The notes: generated from the letters alone by a model not told the origin. Counted from the first letter of the stretch, positions 25,900 through 37,088 are shown. The stretch is 64,000 nucleotides of DNA from Eledone cirrhosa (GCA_964016885.1 OZ024740.1:336226001-336290000); one strand, 5' to 3'. Program-made: numbers and translations.

Positions 25900-28800
25900 C
25901 TACAGAACAATGTTGAGAGAAGGCCCATTTACACGAGCCATTCTCGCTTCTTTCACCCACCTTTCATAAAACTGTCTGGGGCCAAGCACTTCTCTCTCCA
26001 TCCTGATCCTTCTTCCGAAGTGGTATCGGAAGAAGTAAACCAGGTGATGGCCGGAGAGAAAGTCACCCGACCTCAGACCTTTCAGGCGCGTCCACCACAC
26101 AACCTCTTTCATCATGGCTATTACGTACAGAAAGACTGCCTCTGCTTCGTTTCTGAAGGGAGGCGGCGGCTTGATGTTCACCACAGACTCGGCGGTTAAT
26201 CGAATCGGCGCCACACGCGACAGCAGTCGTTCGACGTAGCCCCACAGATCGGCAACGCCCGGGCAGTGTACCAGTGCATGCGCAACGGTTTCCTCGTCGC
26301 GCACGCATCTGGGACAGATCTTTTTCGCGGGATCCCTGCCCGGGCGCCCGTGTCTGTAGAGCTTTTCTCGAACGGGCAGAGCCCCCCGGTAACACTGCCA
26401 GGCTAGGGACCTCTGGAAGTTGTCCATGGGTCTCGGGCCGAAAGTTCTACCGAACAGGCTGGCCAGTTCGTCCTCCTCCATGCCTAGCGACTCTCCAAGG
26501 GTGTCGTCGCCCCTGCTAGCCACCAGCCCTCTATAGAATGTCGAGGTGGATTCTCCACTGACAGTCGGGTCCGCTTGCCAGATAGCCGTGAGCGCCTGGG
26601 CACACTCGGTGTGCCAGTTGCCCAGTTTTCTCGGTCTTTGCTTCACCCAGGATTGCAGCTCGGTGACCGAGACGAGCTGTGGGAAGGCTCGCCTCACAAA
26701 CGGGGCCCACACCGGCTGACCGGTGAGGAATACCTGTAGATGCCGTAGCCTCAATGCGTGCCTACGCATCAACAGCCACGGCATACCCAGCCCTCCTTTC
26801 GAAGGGTGCTGGCAGCAGATGGATCTCCTCACCATGGGAGGCCGCTTCTTCCAGAGGAACTGGAAGAGCATGCGTTCCATGATGGTGATCTTTTCCTTGG
26901 GGCAAGGCACGACGGTCAGGCGGTAGCAGATGACGGACGCTATGTAAGCGTTCGTCACCTCCGCCCGACCTTTCAGTGATAGTTTGCACTTGGCCCACTT
27001 CTGGGTCAGCGCAAACACCCTGCTCGTCACCTCGCCCCAATTCTTCTCCACCTGGAGGTCCGGTCCGAACCAGACCCCGAGCAGCTTCACCGGGCCCTCC
27101 GTCCACCGCCCGACGACACCGTCTAACGGCATCGGTTTGCCCCTCCACGTTCCGAGTTGCAAACCGACTGACTTGTCCCGGTTCAGCCTAGCCCCCGTCA
27201 GCCTTTCGTATTCCTCCAGTAGGGTGGCGATCGCCCCGATTTCCGAGGCGTCCGCCACCATTACTGTTACGTCGTCGGCATAGGCCGAGACCGCTTTGTG
27301 CAATCCCGGTTCCAGGGGTATGCCCCGCAGCAACTCCAACTTCCGCAGCAGTGGCTCGAGAGTCAATACGTACAGAAGGGAGGAGAGGGGGCACCCCTGT
27401 CTGATGGACCGGGTGATTTGAAACGGCTCCGAGAGGTAGCCGTTTACTTTAATCCTAGAGTAGATGTTGCCACTGTGCATGGCAGAAATCCAGCCCCTGA
27501 AAACGGGTCCGAAGCCCGCCGCCGCTAGCACCGCATCCAGGTAACCATGGTCGACCCTATCGAACGCCTTAGATTGATCCAAGTTGATCAGGGCCCCACC
27601 AAAGCCGGGTTCGTTGCCAACCCTCTCTATGATGTATCGCATGAGGTGGAGGTTGTCGTGAATGGACCTGGACGGGATAGCGCATGTCTGCGTGTCTCCC
27701 ACCAAACCACCCACCACAAGCGCCAACCTCTTCGCCAACACCTTGGCCAAAATCTGTAACTCTGCATTCAGCAGAGTTATGGGCCTAAAGTTACTTAAGT
27801 CGTCCCCCTTGCTCTCGTCCTTCCTCACTAGCGTGACCACGCCCTTGGTCACAGAACAGGGAATTCTCCCGTTCTGTTGCCAGTTGCAATAGACAGCCTC
27901 GAGGAGTTCGGAGAACAAGACCGGCATAGCTAAATAAAGTTCGTATGGTAGACCATCGAGACCTGGAGATTTGCGTCTGCTGCATTGGCTGAGCGCTTCC
28001 CCGATTTCAGTGGCTGTGATTGGCCTTTCGCAGCACTCCGCTTCGCCGCTCGAAAGACGCGGTAGACCGTCGAGGTATGGACCGAAGTCCACATCCCCGT
28101 CCGGCCCCCCGCCCCCTCCGAACAGTCGAGCAAAGTGCCTTTGAAAGGCCTCGCACATCCGCTCAGGTTCAAGGATCACCCGTCCATCCTGGTCTCGCAA
28201 AGACCGAATGGTGGATTTAGTCCCACTCTTGGCTTCTGTCACGCGGGCCCAGCTAACAGCTTTGATCCCCTCGTTTCCTAAAGCACGTATTTTACTTCGG
28301 ACAACGCAGCCTTCGTGCTTCGCGTCAAAGAACTGGCTCAACGCCGTTCTCGCCGCTAACACTCTGGCTACGTCTCCGCTCTTAATCGCCTCTTCTAGTT
28401 TATCTGTTAACTCCCTTTCCTTCCTATTTCTATTCGCCGCTAGTTCCTTACTGTAACCTATCGAACTTACTCTAATCTCTCTCTTTAGAGATACCCACCA
28501 CCTACTGTTGACGATCGCTCCCGTCAACCGCATCTTAACTAAGCTACTAATCCGGTTCCTGTAATCTTTCTTTGCCGGCAAGGACAAGTTCATCTTCCAG
28601 TAACCGGGACCCTGTCTATGCGTTCTATCAAGGTTGACCACGCAGGTCACTAATTTGTGATCTGAATAGCCAACCATGATCAATTCTGGACAACTAAATA
28701 CGTCCCTATCCTTACTCCTAACCAAAAACCTATCTAGGTACGATCTAGATTGTCCACTGCGGTTTGCCCAGGTCCAGGTTGGCGCAGTTGGACAATCTAG

Positions 28801-29325
28801 TCGAAATCTATCGACCAGGTTGAATCGATCGAGTAACCCCTTGAGGCTGCTACACCCCCCTCTATCGGGACATGCCCCTGCATAGTCCCAACGCGCATCT
28901 AGGATTCCATTCCAGTCCCCCACTAAAAGCAGGGAACGCGACGTTCCTAGAAAAGTCTCCAGTCGCTGGAAGAAGTCGGCTCTTTCAGCCCCGAAGGGGG
29001 CATAAAGACCGACCAGTCTGAAAGCCCTGCCTTCACCGCCTCCGACGTCCAGCACCAGTAATCGACCCCCCGGGTCCGAGTGAACAATCTGTACGTCGAG
29101 AGCCAGACGTTTATCCAGCAGTACGGCAACTCCCCCGCCTCCGGGTTGACAGAGAGATTCGTGCATCTCAAAGTCATCGAAGGCGGGAGCCAGCTGTCGC
29201 ACGCTGCTGATCCGACTCTCGCAAACAACCATCACATCTATACTTCGTGACCTGAGGTCACTTAGTAGCTTTGCTTGCTTCCAAGCTGAGCCCAGGCCAC
29301 GCGCGTTCAAACAGCCAACTCTCAA
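25900..29325 (-). CDS. Tx1 ORF2: APE endonuclease + reverse transcriptase + C-terminal Zn finger, 1141 aa uninterrupted
   Basis: LNARGL, ESR, LYAP, GDWN, SYLDRF, SDH; KSPGLDGLPYE, FRPITLLN, DQSKAFDRVDH, RQGCPLS, YADD; CPRC..H...C. The annotated start is TTG, not ATG. Confidence 0.96.
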   Translation of the reverse strand: MRVGCLNARGLGSAWKQAKLLSDLRSRSIDVMVVCESRISSVRQLAPAFDDFEMHESLCQPGGGGVAVLLDKRLALDVQIVHSDPGGRLLVLDVGGGEGRAFRLVGLYAPFGAERADFFQRLETFLGTSRSLLLVGDWNGILDARWDYAGACPDRGGCSSLKGLLDRFNLVDRFRLDCPTAPTWTWANRSGQSRSYLDRFLVRSKDRDVFSCPELIMVGYSDHKLVTCVVNLDRTHRQGPGYWKMNLSLPAKKDYRNRISSLVKMRLTGAIVNSRWWVSLKREIRVSSIGYSKELAANRNRKERELTDKLEEAIKSGDVARVLAARTALSQFFDAKHEGCVVRSKIRALGNEGIKAVSWARVTEAKSGTKSTIRSLRDQDGRVILEPERMCEAFQRHFARLFGGGGGPDGDVDFGPYLDGLPRLSSGEAECCERPITATEIGEALSQCSRRKSPGLDGLPYELYLAMPVLFSELLEAVYCNWQQNGRIPCSVTKGVVTLVRKDESKGDDLSNFRPITLLNAELQILAKVLAKRLALVVGGLVGDTQTCAIPSRSIHDNLHLMRYIIERVGNEPGFGGALINLDQSKAFDRVDHGYLDAVLAAAGFGPVFRGWISAMHSGNIYSRIKVNGYLSEPFQITRSIRQGCPLSSLLYVLTLEPLLRKLELLRGIPLEPGLHKAVSAYADDVTVMVADASEIGAIATLLEEYERLTGARLNRDKSVGLQLGTWRGKPMPLDGVVGRWTEGPVKLLGVWFGPDLQVEKNWGEVTSRVFALTQKWAKCKLSLKGRAEVTNAYIASVICYRLTVVPCPKEKITIMERMLFQFLWKKRPPMVRRSICCQHPSKGGLGMPWLLMRRHALRLRHLQVFLTGQPVWAPFVRRAFPQLVSVTELQSWVKQRPRKLGNWHTECAQALTAIWQADPTVSGESTSTFYRGLVASRGDDTLGESLGMEEDELASLFGRTFGPRPMDNFQRSLAWQCYRGALPVREKLYRHGRPGRDPAKKICPRCVRDEETVAHALVHCPGVADLWGYVERLLSRVAPIRLTAESVVNIKPPPPFRNEAEAVFLYVIAMMKEVVWWTRLKGLRSGDFLSGHHLVYFFRYHFGRRIRMEREVLGPRQFYERWVKEARMARVNGPSLNIVL

Positions 29326-29330
29326 TTGAT

Positions 29331-29756
29331 CTATTTTGGTGTTGAAAGTGAAGAGAGAAAAGCACCTACCTCTCCGGGCTGTGTAATTTCCATGGCGTCA
29401 GGTGTGTTGGGTGGAGGGATGTTTTGTGGTGGTGTGGGGGTGCCCGAGTGTGGTGGGGTTGGGGTGTTTGGAGTTGTGTCAGGGAGAGGGGATGTTATGG
29501 GGAAATCTTTCAAGAGGACGCGATTTAACGGTTTTAAACAGGGGGGGGGGCTCACGTCCTGTCTAAATTGTTCTTTTAAGGAACGATAAAGGTCCAGAGG
29601 GACCTTTATCATTTTTAAATGGGTGAAGTTCTCTGTTGAGATAAAGTTTGGCCCTTCGGTCTGCACCAAAGGGCTATTGTTTATTAATTTAAACAGTTTT
29701 TTGTTTTCTTTATTTATATATGTGTATTGCAATGTCTTTTTTTGTGATGCTGTCAA
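29331..29756 (-). CDS. C-terminal part of Tx1 ORF1, separated by a 1-nt frameshift
   Basis: The frame stays open upstream to the A-run at about 29866-29882; Pro/Thr-rich like the end of ORF1. Confidence 0.7.
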   Translation of the reverse strand: MTASQKKTLQYTYINKENKKLFKLINNSPLVQTEGPNFISTENFTHLKMIKVPLDLYRSLKEQFRQDVSPPPCLKPLNRVLLKDFPITSPLPDTTPNTPTPPHSGTPTPPQNIPPPNTPDAMEITQPGEVGAFLSSLSTPK

Positions 29757-29838
29757 TGTTTCGGAGAGGGGAGGCGCAGATTTATTTTTGTTTGTTGAGG
29801 GTGGGGTGTTTTTATTGGAGTTGGTGTTTGTGTGTGGG

Positions 29839-31191
29839 TTATTTGTGGTGTGCTGGGTGTGTGCTTTCTTTTTTTTCTTTTAACTTGTCTGAAGGCTTCT
29901 CCTCCTTCTTCTTCAGAAGTTGGGGGAAACTCTTCAGCGCTAGGTGGGAGGGGCGTCGTGTCTGGTTGTTTTTTTTTGCGGGAGGGGTAGATTTGTTGCT
30001 GTTTTTTTTATTATTTGTTTGGAATGCGTTTTGTGGTGGTGGTGGTGCTGTTTGTGTCGTGCTTGTGGTTGGTAATGGTGGTGGTGGTGTTTGTGTTGGT
30101 GATGGTGGTGGTGATTTTTGTGTCGTGCTTGTGTTTGGTGCTGGTGGTGGTGATGTTTGTGTTGTGCTTGGTGGTGTTTGTATTTTGTTTGCTGTGTGTG
30201 GTATTAGTGTATTTTTGGAGGTGGGTGGTGTTGGTGTACTGTTTGTGATGGGTGTGGGCAATAGTCCTTTTTGGGGGATACGTTTCGGGCAGTTAGCCTT
30301 AATGTGTCCCCTTTCCGTGCATAAATAGCATGCTGGTCTTCTCCCCTCTACAATTATATCTATTGGGGTGAGCTCATCCAGCCAGATGCGATCCGGGATT
30401 TGTGCTATTCTTTTGGGCCTCATTTGGACTAGTAGGTCGAGGCCCATTCCCAGGAACGCATCTCCGGATGTCTTCCCCATTGACAGCACTGTGTCCTCGC
30501 CCATGTCTATGAAGCCAGCAATAGCCCACCAGAAGTCCATTGTGGGCAGCATTGTTTGTATTTTTACTCTCTGTGTTCTTCTACCCATGTAGGAGGGATA
30601 GAAGCTGTATGTTGTCGATGAGAGTGGGCTTAGGGAAAGCTTCTCCGCCGTTTCCTTGTCTTTTGTTAGGACCGAAATGCTGCCATAGAGTCGGTCCTTT
30701 CGTATGAAGAGAATATTCTTCATATAGTCTTTTAGGACCAACTCTATCTCCATTTGGCTGGGCTGTGCTGGCTTTCTTGTTTGGTTTAGGATTGTTCTGA
30801 AGAGAACTGTGTTCTCTGTTCTCGCTTTCTTGAATTCTGGGGGGGGGGGGGAGTTAATGGAAAACATTCCGTTCTCCCCCAAAACAATGTGCTTCTTTGC
30901 TTCGGCCAGTTTTTCTCTGGCGGCCGTTAGGTCAATTGGTGTGTATGTAATGGATTGTTTTGTTTTCTGGGCGAAAGTTGCCCTGTTGTTATTTGTATTA
31001 TTTTCTGTTTGTTTGTTTTCCGTTTGCTCATTTTCCTTAACATTTGTTTTTTCATTTTCTTTGTTTGTTTCGTTGTCTAATTTTGTTGTAATTATTTTTT
31101 GTTCTTCAGACTTGGGGGGCGTGGCAGAGCTAATGGCAGACATGTCTGCCATCTTTTCCGCCATGCTGCCAAGAACGAAATTTTTCGGCAA
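29839..31191 (-). CDS. Tx1 ORF1 (gag-like, CCHC zinc knuckle)
   Basis: VEGRRPACYLCTERGHIKANCP knuckle; Pro/Thr-rich tail; lies upstream of ORF2. Confidence 0.88.
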   Translation of the reverse strand: MPKNFVLGSMAEKMADMSAISSATPPKSEEQKIITTKLDNETNKENEKTNVKENEQTENKQTENNTNNNRATFAQKTKQSITYTPIDLTAAREKLAEAKKHIVLGENGMFSINSPPPPEFKKARTENTVLFRTILNQTRKPAQPSQMEIELVLKDYMKNILFIRKDRLYGSISVLTKDKETAEKLSLSPLSSTTYSFYPSYMGRRTQRVKIQTMLPTMDFWWAIAGFIDMGEDTVLSMGKTSGDAFLGMGLDLLVQMRPKRIAQIPDRIWLDELTPIDIIVEGRRPACYLCTERGHIKANCPKRIPQKGLLPTPITNSTPTPPTSKNTLIPHTANKIQTPPSTTQTSPPPAPNTSTTQKSPPPSPTQTPPPPLPTTSTTQTAPPPPQNAFQTNNKKNSNKSTPPAKKNNQTRRPSHLALKSFPQLLKKKEEKPSDKLKEKKESTHPAHHK

Positions 31192-32283
31192 AAATAGATA
31201 TTTATTTTACCCCCTAAAAAGGGGGTAAATGCAAAAATGTTTCCCTAAATAACGGGTTAGTGTTCCAAATGTGTTGCACTGAAAAATTTATCCGGTACTT
31301 ACAATAGTAAGGGTAAATCCCGATGGAATAGCGGAGCCGATGTGAAGCGTGTCTTACTCTATCAAGATAGATAGATAGATAGATAGGAAAGTAGGTATGT
31401 AGTACGTAAATAATAGGTAGGGAGGTAAGTAGGTAGGTTAGGAGGAAGGGAGGTAAGTTGGTAGGTAGGTGGGTAGGTAAGTAGTTCCTTGTTCGTTCGC
31501 ATTTTTGTAAACATGCTCAAAAATACATCTTAAAAGAACGACATGTCCATATTTGGAGACTGATTTATACTACTGCAGCTATATGTACTGCCTAACTGTG
31601 CTCCTCGGAGACAGCTAAATGTCTTCCAGAAAAGAGTTATGTAACATCTACAAAAGCTTTTAGCAATCTACAAAGGGAACTTCAAAATGGAAACTTATTT
31701 TCGTTATAGATTATGCAGTAATAGTATTATGACCAACACGAACAGTTTATACTGTTACTTATAAGGAATTTACTTTTATGTTTTATATACATATATAAGT
31801 GTATGTATGAGAGAGAGTGTGTGTGTATGTGTGTGTATGTGTGTGTGAGTATGTGTGTATGACAATAAGTGTCTCAGTCACATGTGAACCTCCATCGTTG
31901 TGAATGTGTACCTTTAAATATATGTCTCTGTGTGTGTGTGCATGTGTGTGTGTGTGTGTGTGTATGTATATATATATATGTGTGTGTGTGTGTGTGCAAA
32001 AAGTAAACGGAAACAACAAAAAAATATAGTAGGAAGAGGGTCTTTAGGTTTCGGACACTAGGTATATAGACTTTTTTTAAGTATATAAAATAGATATATA
32101 CATATATATATATACATATATATAATCATACATATATATGAGTGTGTCTGTTTCTGTGTGCTTGCTTGAGTAAGTGTATGTGTGTTTGTCTCGTAACCGC
32201 AGGGACACCTAAAACCCTTATTGGAAGCGTAGTACATACTACTTATTTATGTCCACTTGCAAGTGACGGCTGTAGTAATATAT

Positions 32284-32358
<75 letters not shown>

Positions 32359-32589
32359 ATCGTTATATATACACGCGCACACATACACTCATTGAATATT
32401 ACACTTCAATTTAGTATATCTGGTTAAATAAACTTTAAAATCCATTAACCAATAATATATTGTGTGCTGTTTGTCCAGGCTGGTTGGGAAACAGGATGCA
32501 TTAATTATTCAAAAAGAATGACTAGAGATTGCCTACTTCTTCATTCAGAAGCCATCATTAGAGTGTGAAACTATAGTAGACCATAGAAA

Positions 32590-32900
32590 TTCACGACTGT
32601 TGGATTTCCGTCAGTTTCGACGACTAGTTTTCCGGTTCTTTAACCAACGAAACAGCTGCTTGTGAAATTAGCGTTTAAGTGGCTGAACATTCAACCAATT
32701 CTTGCGTTAAAACGGTATTTTTAGGGGAGATTCGGCATGGCACAGTTTATGCCAATTCATTTTTGTCAGGTACAGCATATTTTTGCCAGCTGGTCAGAAG
32801 AGAGCAACGTGAAATAAAGTGGTTTGCTCAAAGACTCGATGAACCGCCGGAAGTCGAACTCACGATTTTACTATTGAGAGTCGAACACACTAACCACTAA
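32590..32900 (-). mobile_element. tRNA-derived SINE, degenerate
   Basis: Minus strand tttagtggttagtgtgttcgactctca..gagttcgacttccgg (A/B boxes); same family as 43770-44095. Confidence 0.7.
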
Positions 32901-32959
32901 ACCTTCTCGTATTATTCTATCAGCGAACACGCTGATCTGCTAATATCGTTTAGGCCTTT

Positions 32960-33155
32960 CCGGCGGTTATTAATTGGCAGTATCGGTAGAGGGTCGGACG
33001 CCATGCTTTGACGCATAGAGTTACGGCCCTTGCCATTCTGAGTTCAAATCCCGCCGAGGTTAACTTTGCCTTTCATCCTTACGGGGTCGATAAAATAAAG
33101 TACCAGTAATGTACTGGGTAATTGCTGGCCTTGTGCCTAAAGTAGAAACAATTAA
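32960..33155 (+). mobile_element. tRNA-derived SINE with Meta/MESC-type core
   Basis: tggcagtatcggtag (A box), gagttcaaatccc (B box), gcctttcatccttacggggtcgataaa core. Confidence 0.85.
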
Positions 33156-33768
33156 TTATGAAATGTCCGATTTCAAATTGAAACTACATAAGGAAATCAG
33201 ATATTTCATACTTAAGGACCTAATATAATTCTTATTTCTTTTATTCTTTTATTCTTTTACTGTCATGCTAGGTACAGTGGTTTTACTGCAGCCATGTCGC
33301 GGCACCACTTTCATGGAATTTAGTCGATCATATTGATTCCAATGCTTTTTTTTTTTTTGTCAAGCCTAGTATTTATTTTATCAATCATTAATCTTTTTTC
33401 GTCGAACCACTACAGTACGGGATCTAACCAAGCAGTAAACGTAAACTCATGCACCCTCACATGCACACATACATACATGAAGATGGCTGTCCACTCGTTA
33501 TCGAGTATGGCCATTGCACGATATAACATTATTAATAATTATTAATTAATTGTTTCTACTTTTGGCACAAGGCAAACAATTACCCAGTGCATTACTGCTA
33601 CTTTAATTAATGCTATCGTGCAATGCCTGTGCGTGAAGATTTTTTTTGAAGTGAGGAAAGACTGTGCACTGAGCCAATCCCACTCTCTGGGCGAAAGTAG
33701 CTCTAAACATACATACATACATAATACATACATACATACACACACACATACATACATACATACATACA

Positions 33769-34376
33769 TGGTGGCTGCCAACTCGTTTTCGAGTACGGCC
33801 ACTACTTTATATCCATGTAGGAGAACCCCTACCGATGCGCTGAACGAGTGTGACTTTTCAGTCCGGCCAGCGACTTGAAAACTTTGGTACAAACACTACA
33901 CTTGTGACAATTATTAACACATAGTGCTGAGCCCATGGTACCATGTGACGACAAGTGCAGAGAGATCTCCAGATATAAAGCAATGCCTGTGCCGTGAAGC
34001 TTTTATAGTGAGCAAAGGCACTGCACAAAGCCATTCCCACTCTCTTAACCAAGATGATATTTACCAAAAAGAAGAACAAGTCAACATCATTGGATATCAT
34101 CAGGGTTGCAGGTGTTATATCAGAGTTTTCCTTCTCCTAGAATTCTGCCTTGACAAAGGCTAAGGGGTCATCTCTCCCAGAGATTTTGGATGGCCATTGA
34201 CTCTTAAGAGCTCCTTTGCCCTTTGACAGGTTTTGTTTTTAGTCCTGCAGGATGTCCAAAGTCACCCTCCTCACCAAGAAACCTTGGTGGGGTTGCCAGT
34301 TTAGTCGCCAAAGACCCGACCATGGGACAGGTTGTACTGGGATACATGTTACCAGTAGCACCAACTGGTGACCTGA
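33769..34376 (-). mobile_element. Non-autonomous RTE-derived element (~607 bp), full-length copy in (TACA)n
   Basis: Near-identical to 52172-52778; 3' part encodes the C2H2 remnant CSVCTKVFKSLAGLKSHTRSAHR* typical of RTE ORF ends; (TGTA)n tail. Confidence 0.8.
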
Positions 34377-34460
34377 CATACATACATACATACATACATA
34401 CATACATACATACATACATACATACATACATACATACATACATACATACATACATACATA

Positions 34461-34902
34461 GTGGCTGCCAACTCGTTTTCGAGTACGGCCACTACATTAT
34501 ATCCATGTAGGAGAACCCCTACCGATGAGCTGAACGAGTGTGACTTTTTAGTCCAGCCAGCGACTTGAAAACTCTGGTACAAACACTACACTTGTGACAA
34601 TTATTGACACATAGTGCTGAGCCCATGGTACAATGTGACGACAAGTGCAGAGAGATCTCCAGATATAAAGCAATGCCTGTGCCGTGAAGCTTTTATAGTG
34701 AGCAAAGGCACTGCACAAAGCCATTCCCACTCTCTTAACCAAGATGATATTTACGAAGAACACGTCAACATCATTGGATACCATCTGGGTTGCAGGTGTT
34801 ATATCAGAGTTTTCCTTCTCCTAGAATTCTGCCTTGACAAAGGCTAAGGGGTCATCTCTCCCGGTGATTTTGGATGGCCATTGACTCTTAAGAGCTCCTT
34901 TG
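34461..34902 (-). mobile_element. 5'-truncated copy of the same element
   Basis: Near-identical to about 33770-34218. Confidence 0.85.
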
Positions 34903-35050
34903 TCCATACATACACTCATACATACATACACACATACCTACATACATACATACATACACACATACATACATACATACATACATACATACATACATACATA
35001 CATACATACATACATACATACATACATACATACATACATACATACATACA

Positions 35051-35576
35051 TGCTGGCTGCAAACTCTGCTAAGTGTATTGCAATCGCTTGTGAGATTACA
35101 GAAAATGGTACACTTTTAGGCTACGGCCGAGCACACAAACCTGTAACATATCCTGAACAAGCAATGCCTGTGCTTTGAAGGTTTTTTTAAGTGGGGAAAG
35201 GCCTAGCACTCGACCAATTCCACTCTCTGAGCATCAAAAACACTACCCGAAAAGGAGAACTGGTCAACATCATCGGATACTTCCGAAGCCACCGGTTTTT
35301 TTTCACAGTTTCCCTCTCCTTGAAAGGTGTTATAACATTAAATGGCGGCCTTTCACTCCCAGGTGAAAAAAGAGTACTATTTGGATGGCCGTTGGCTCTG
35401 CTAAGTTCCTCCGTCCTTTGCCAGGTCTTGTATTTCATCCCGCAGGGTGTCCAAATATCATCCTCCTCACCAGGCAAGCTTGGTGGGGTTGCTGGTTTAG
35501 TCACCAACGACCCAACCATGAAACAGGTTGTACTGGGTTACATGTTACCAGTAGCACTCGAGAGCGGCCTGACTTA
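35051..35576 (-). mobile_element. Divergent sister family of the non-autonomous RTE-derived element
   Basis: Shares the 5' ~200 nt and internal motifs (gatgatgttgac; cacaggcattgct) but has a different 3' segment. Confidence 0.75.
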
Positions 35577-35611
35577 ACATACATACATACATACATACAT
35601 ACATACATACA

Positions 35612-36194
35612 TGGTGGCTGCCAACTCGTTTTCGAGTACGGCCACTACTTTATATCCATGTAGGAGAACCCCTACCGATGCGCTGAACGAGTGTGACTTT
35701 TTAGTCCAGCCAGCGACTTGAAAACTCTGGTACAAACACTACACTTGTGACAATTATTGACACATAGTGCTGGGCCCATGGTACCATGTGACGACAAGTG
35801 CAGAGAGATCTCCAGATATAAAGCAATGCCTGTGCCGTGAAGCTTTTATAGTGAGCAAAGGCACTGCACAAAGCCAGTCCCACTCTCTTAACCAAGATGA
35901 TATTTACCAAAAAGAAGAACAAGTCAACATCATTGGATACCATCAGAGTTGCAGGTGTTATATCAGAGTTTTCCTTCTCCTAGAATTCTGCCTTGACAAA
36001 AGCTAAGGGGTCATCTCTCCCGGTGATTTTGGATGGCCATTGACTCTTAAGAGCTCCTTTGACAGGTTTTGTTTTTAGTCCTGCAGGATGTCCAAAGTCA
36101 CCCTCCTCACCAAGAAACCTTGGTGGGGTTGCCAGTTTAGTCGCCAACGACCCGACCATGAGACAGGTTGTACTGGGATACATTGTACTGGGAT
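35612..36194 (-). mobile_element. Nearly full-length copy of the same element with a short 5' duplication
   Basis: Near-identical to 33769-34345; gtactgggataca is duplicated at the 5' junction. Confidence 0.85.
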
Positions 36195-36264
36195 ACATAC
36201 ATACATACATACATACATACATACATACATACATACATACATACATACATACATACATACATAA

Positions 36265-36460
36265 ATACGAACATTATACGGAAAACAACACAATAAACAA
36301 TACAGTTCAATGAAGATATATATGAGTTTAACGCTTGATATAGTAGGAAAAGAATTTTAACATTTCGGACGTTAGTCCTTCATCAAAAGAAAAGGTAGAG
36401 GAGAATTAAAAGAGCATGAAACGGAAACATTGTTGGAGAAAACGCACGTGTGTGTTCAAT
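36265..36460 (-). mobile_element. PLE pseudo-LTR-like fragment with degenerate hammerhead (36353-36390)
   Basis: Minus strand tTGATGA-aggactaacgtcc-GAAA-tgt-TA; ttaacgcttgatatag..ggaa is shared with 59096-59198 and 59836-59937, and the adjacent atatagtaggaagaggg also occurs at ~32025. Confidence 0.55.
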
Positions 36461-36797
36461 TAGCTAAATATATATATATATATATTCCTCAATTTAAGAA
36501 TGACCTGTAGTATCTATTTCATACTATTAACCTTAATTGAATATATATCTGACCAGGAATTTTGTGAAAATCAGTCATATGGAACTATTGTCATCTTGCC
36601 TGACGGTTTGAACTTTACAACACCACCTGCCTCTTTGAGGTCAAAAACCAACCCTACTACCATCTACAAACTGACCAATGAGAATCAAGACTATTCCTTC
36701 TGACAACATCAAATTAATCCTAACAAGCTCATATGTCCCAAGGCTCTGATACCATCAACACTATAAACACAGAGCTGGCATATCTAAGAACTGACTA

Positions 36798-36853
36798 ACT
36801 GCCTGATGAGGTCATAGCCATTCAATGGCTATCATCGAAATATATATAGCAGT
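36798..36853 (+). ncRNA. Minimal type I hammerhead ribozyme
   Basis: actgc-CTGATGA-ggtcatagccat tca atggctatcatc-GAAA-tatata-TA-gcagt; perfect stem I; lies in a ~410-bp insert (36485-36898) between (TA)n tracts. Confidence 0.88.
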
Positions 36854-36894
36854 AAATAAAGGATTATGAGTTCATGCAATTGACTTATGTTTCG

Positions 36895-36979
<85 letters not shown>

Positions 36980-36986
36980 AGGAAAA

Positions 36987-37061
36987 TGTTCCTTCTGATG
37001 AACGACTTCGGACGCCTTTGTTGGGGTCGTCTGTCTTCGTGAAACCTTTGGTAATGGAATA
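36987..37061 (+). ncRNA. Type I hammerhead ribozyme
   Basis: tgttcctt-CTGATGA-acga...tcgt-GAAA-cc ttt gg-TA-atggaata; preceded by its own fold-back atcagaaggaa; lies between (TA)n tracts. Confidence 0.8.
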
Positions 37062-37088
37062 ATTATATTTTGTTGTTTATTACATAAT

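Larger units (their letters stand above)
25669..31365 (-). mobile_element. Full-length Tx1-clade (L1 group) non-LTR retrotransposon inserted in (GATA)n
   Basis: 5' UTR, ORF1, ORF2 and 3' UTR ending near aataaa; (GATA)n at both junctions. Confidence 0.95.

Noticed and set aside
29720-30328. 202-aa Gly/Val-rich + strand ORF and other ORFs antisense to Tx1 and CRE
   Set aside because: Shadow frames of Pro/Thr-rich or GC-rich coding sequence
32960-33060. tRNA gene (also 62614 and ~44000-44095)
   Set aside because: A/B boxes are present but there is no cloverleaf; these are SINE heads
34123-34180. HDV-like ribozyme on the + strand (gagttttcc..ctaagggg)
   Set aside because: Too few nucleotides for P2/P3/L3 between the putative P1 strands, and it is antisense to the element
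33858-36006. Recurrent 77-80 aa ORFs on both strands (MVSNDVD.., MLGPWYH..)
   Set aside because: They recur only because the copies are near-identical, and are not kept in the divergent sister family
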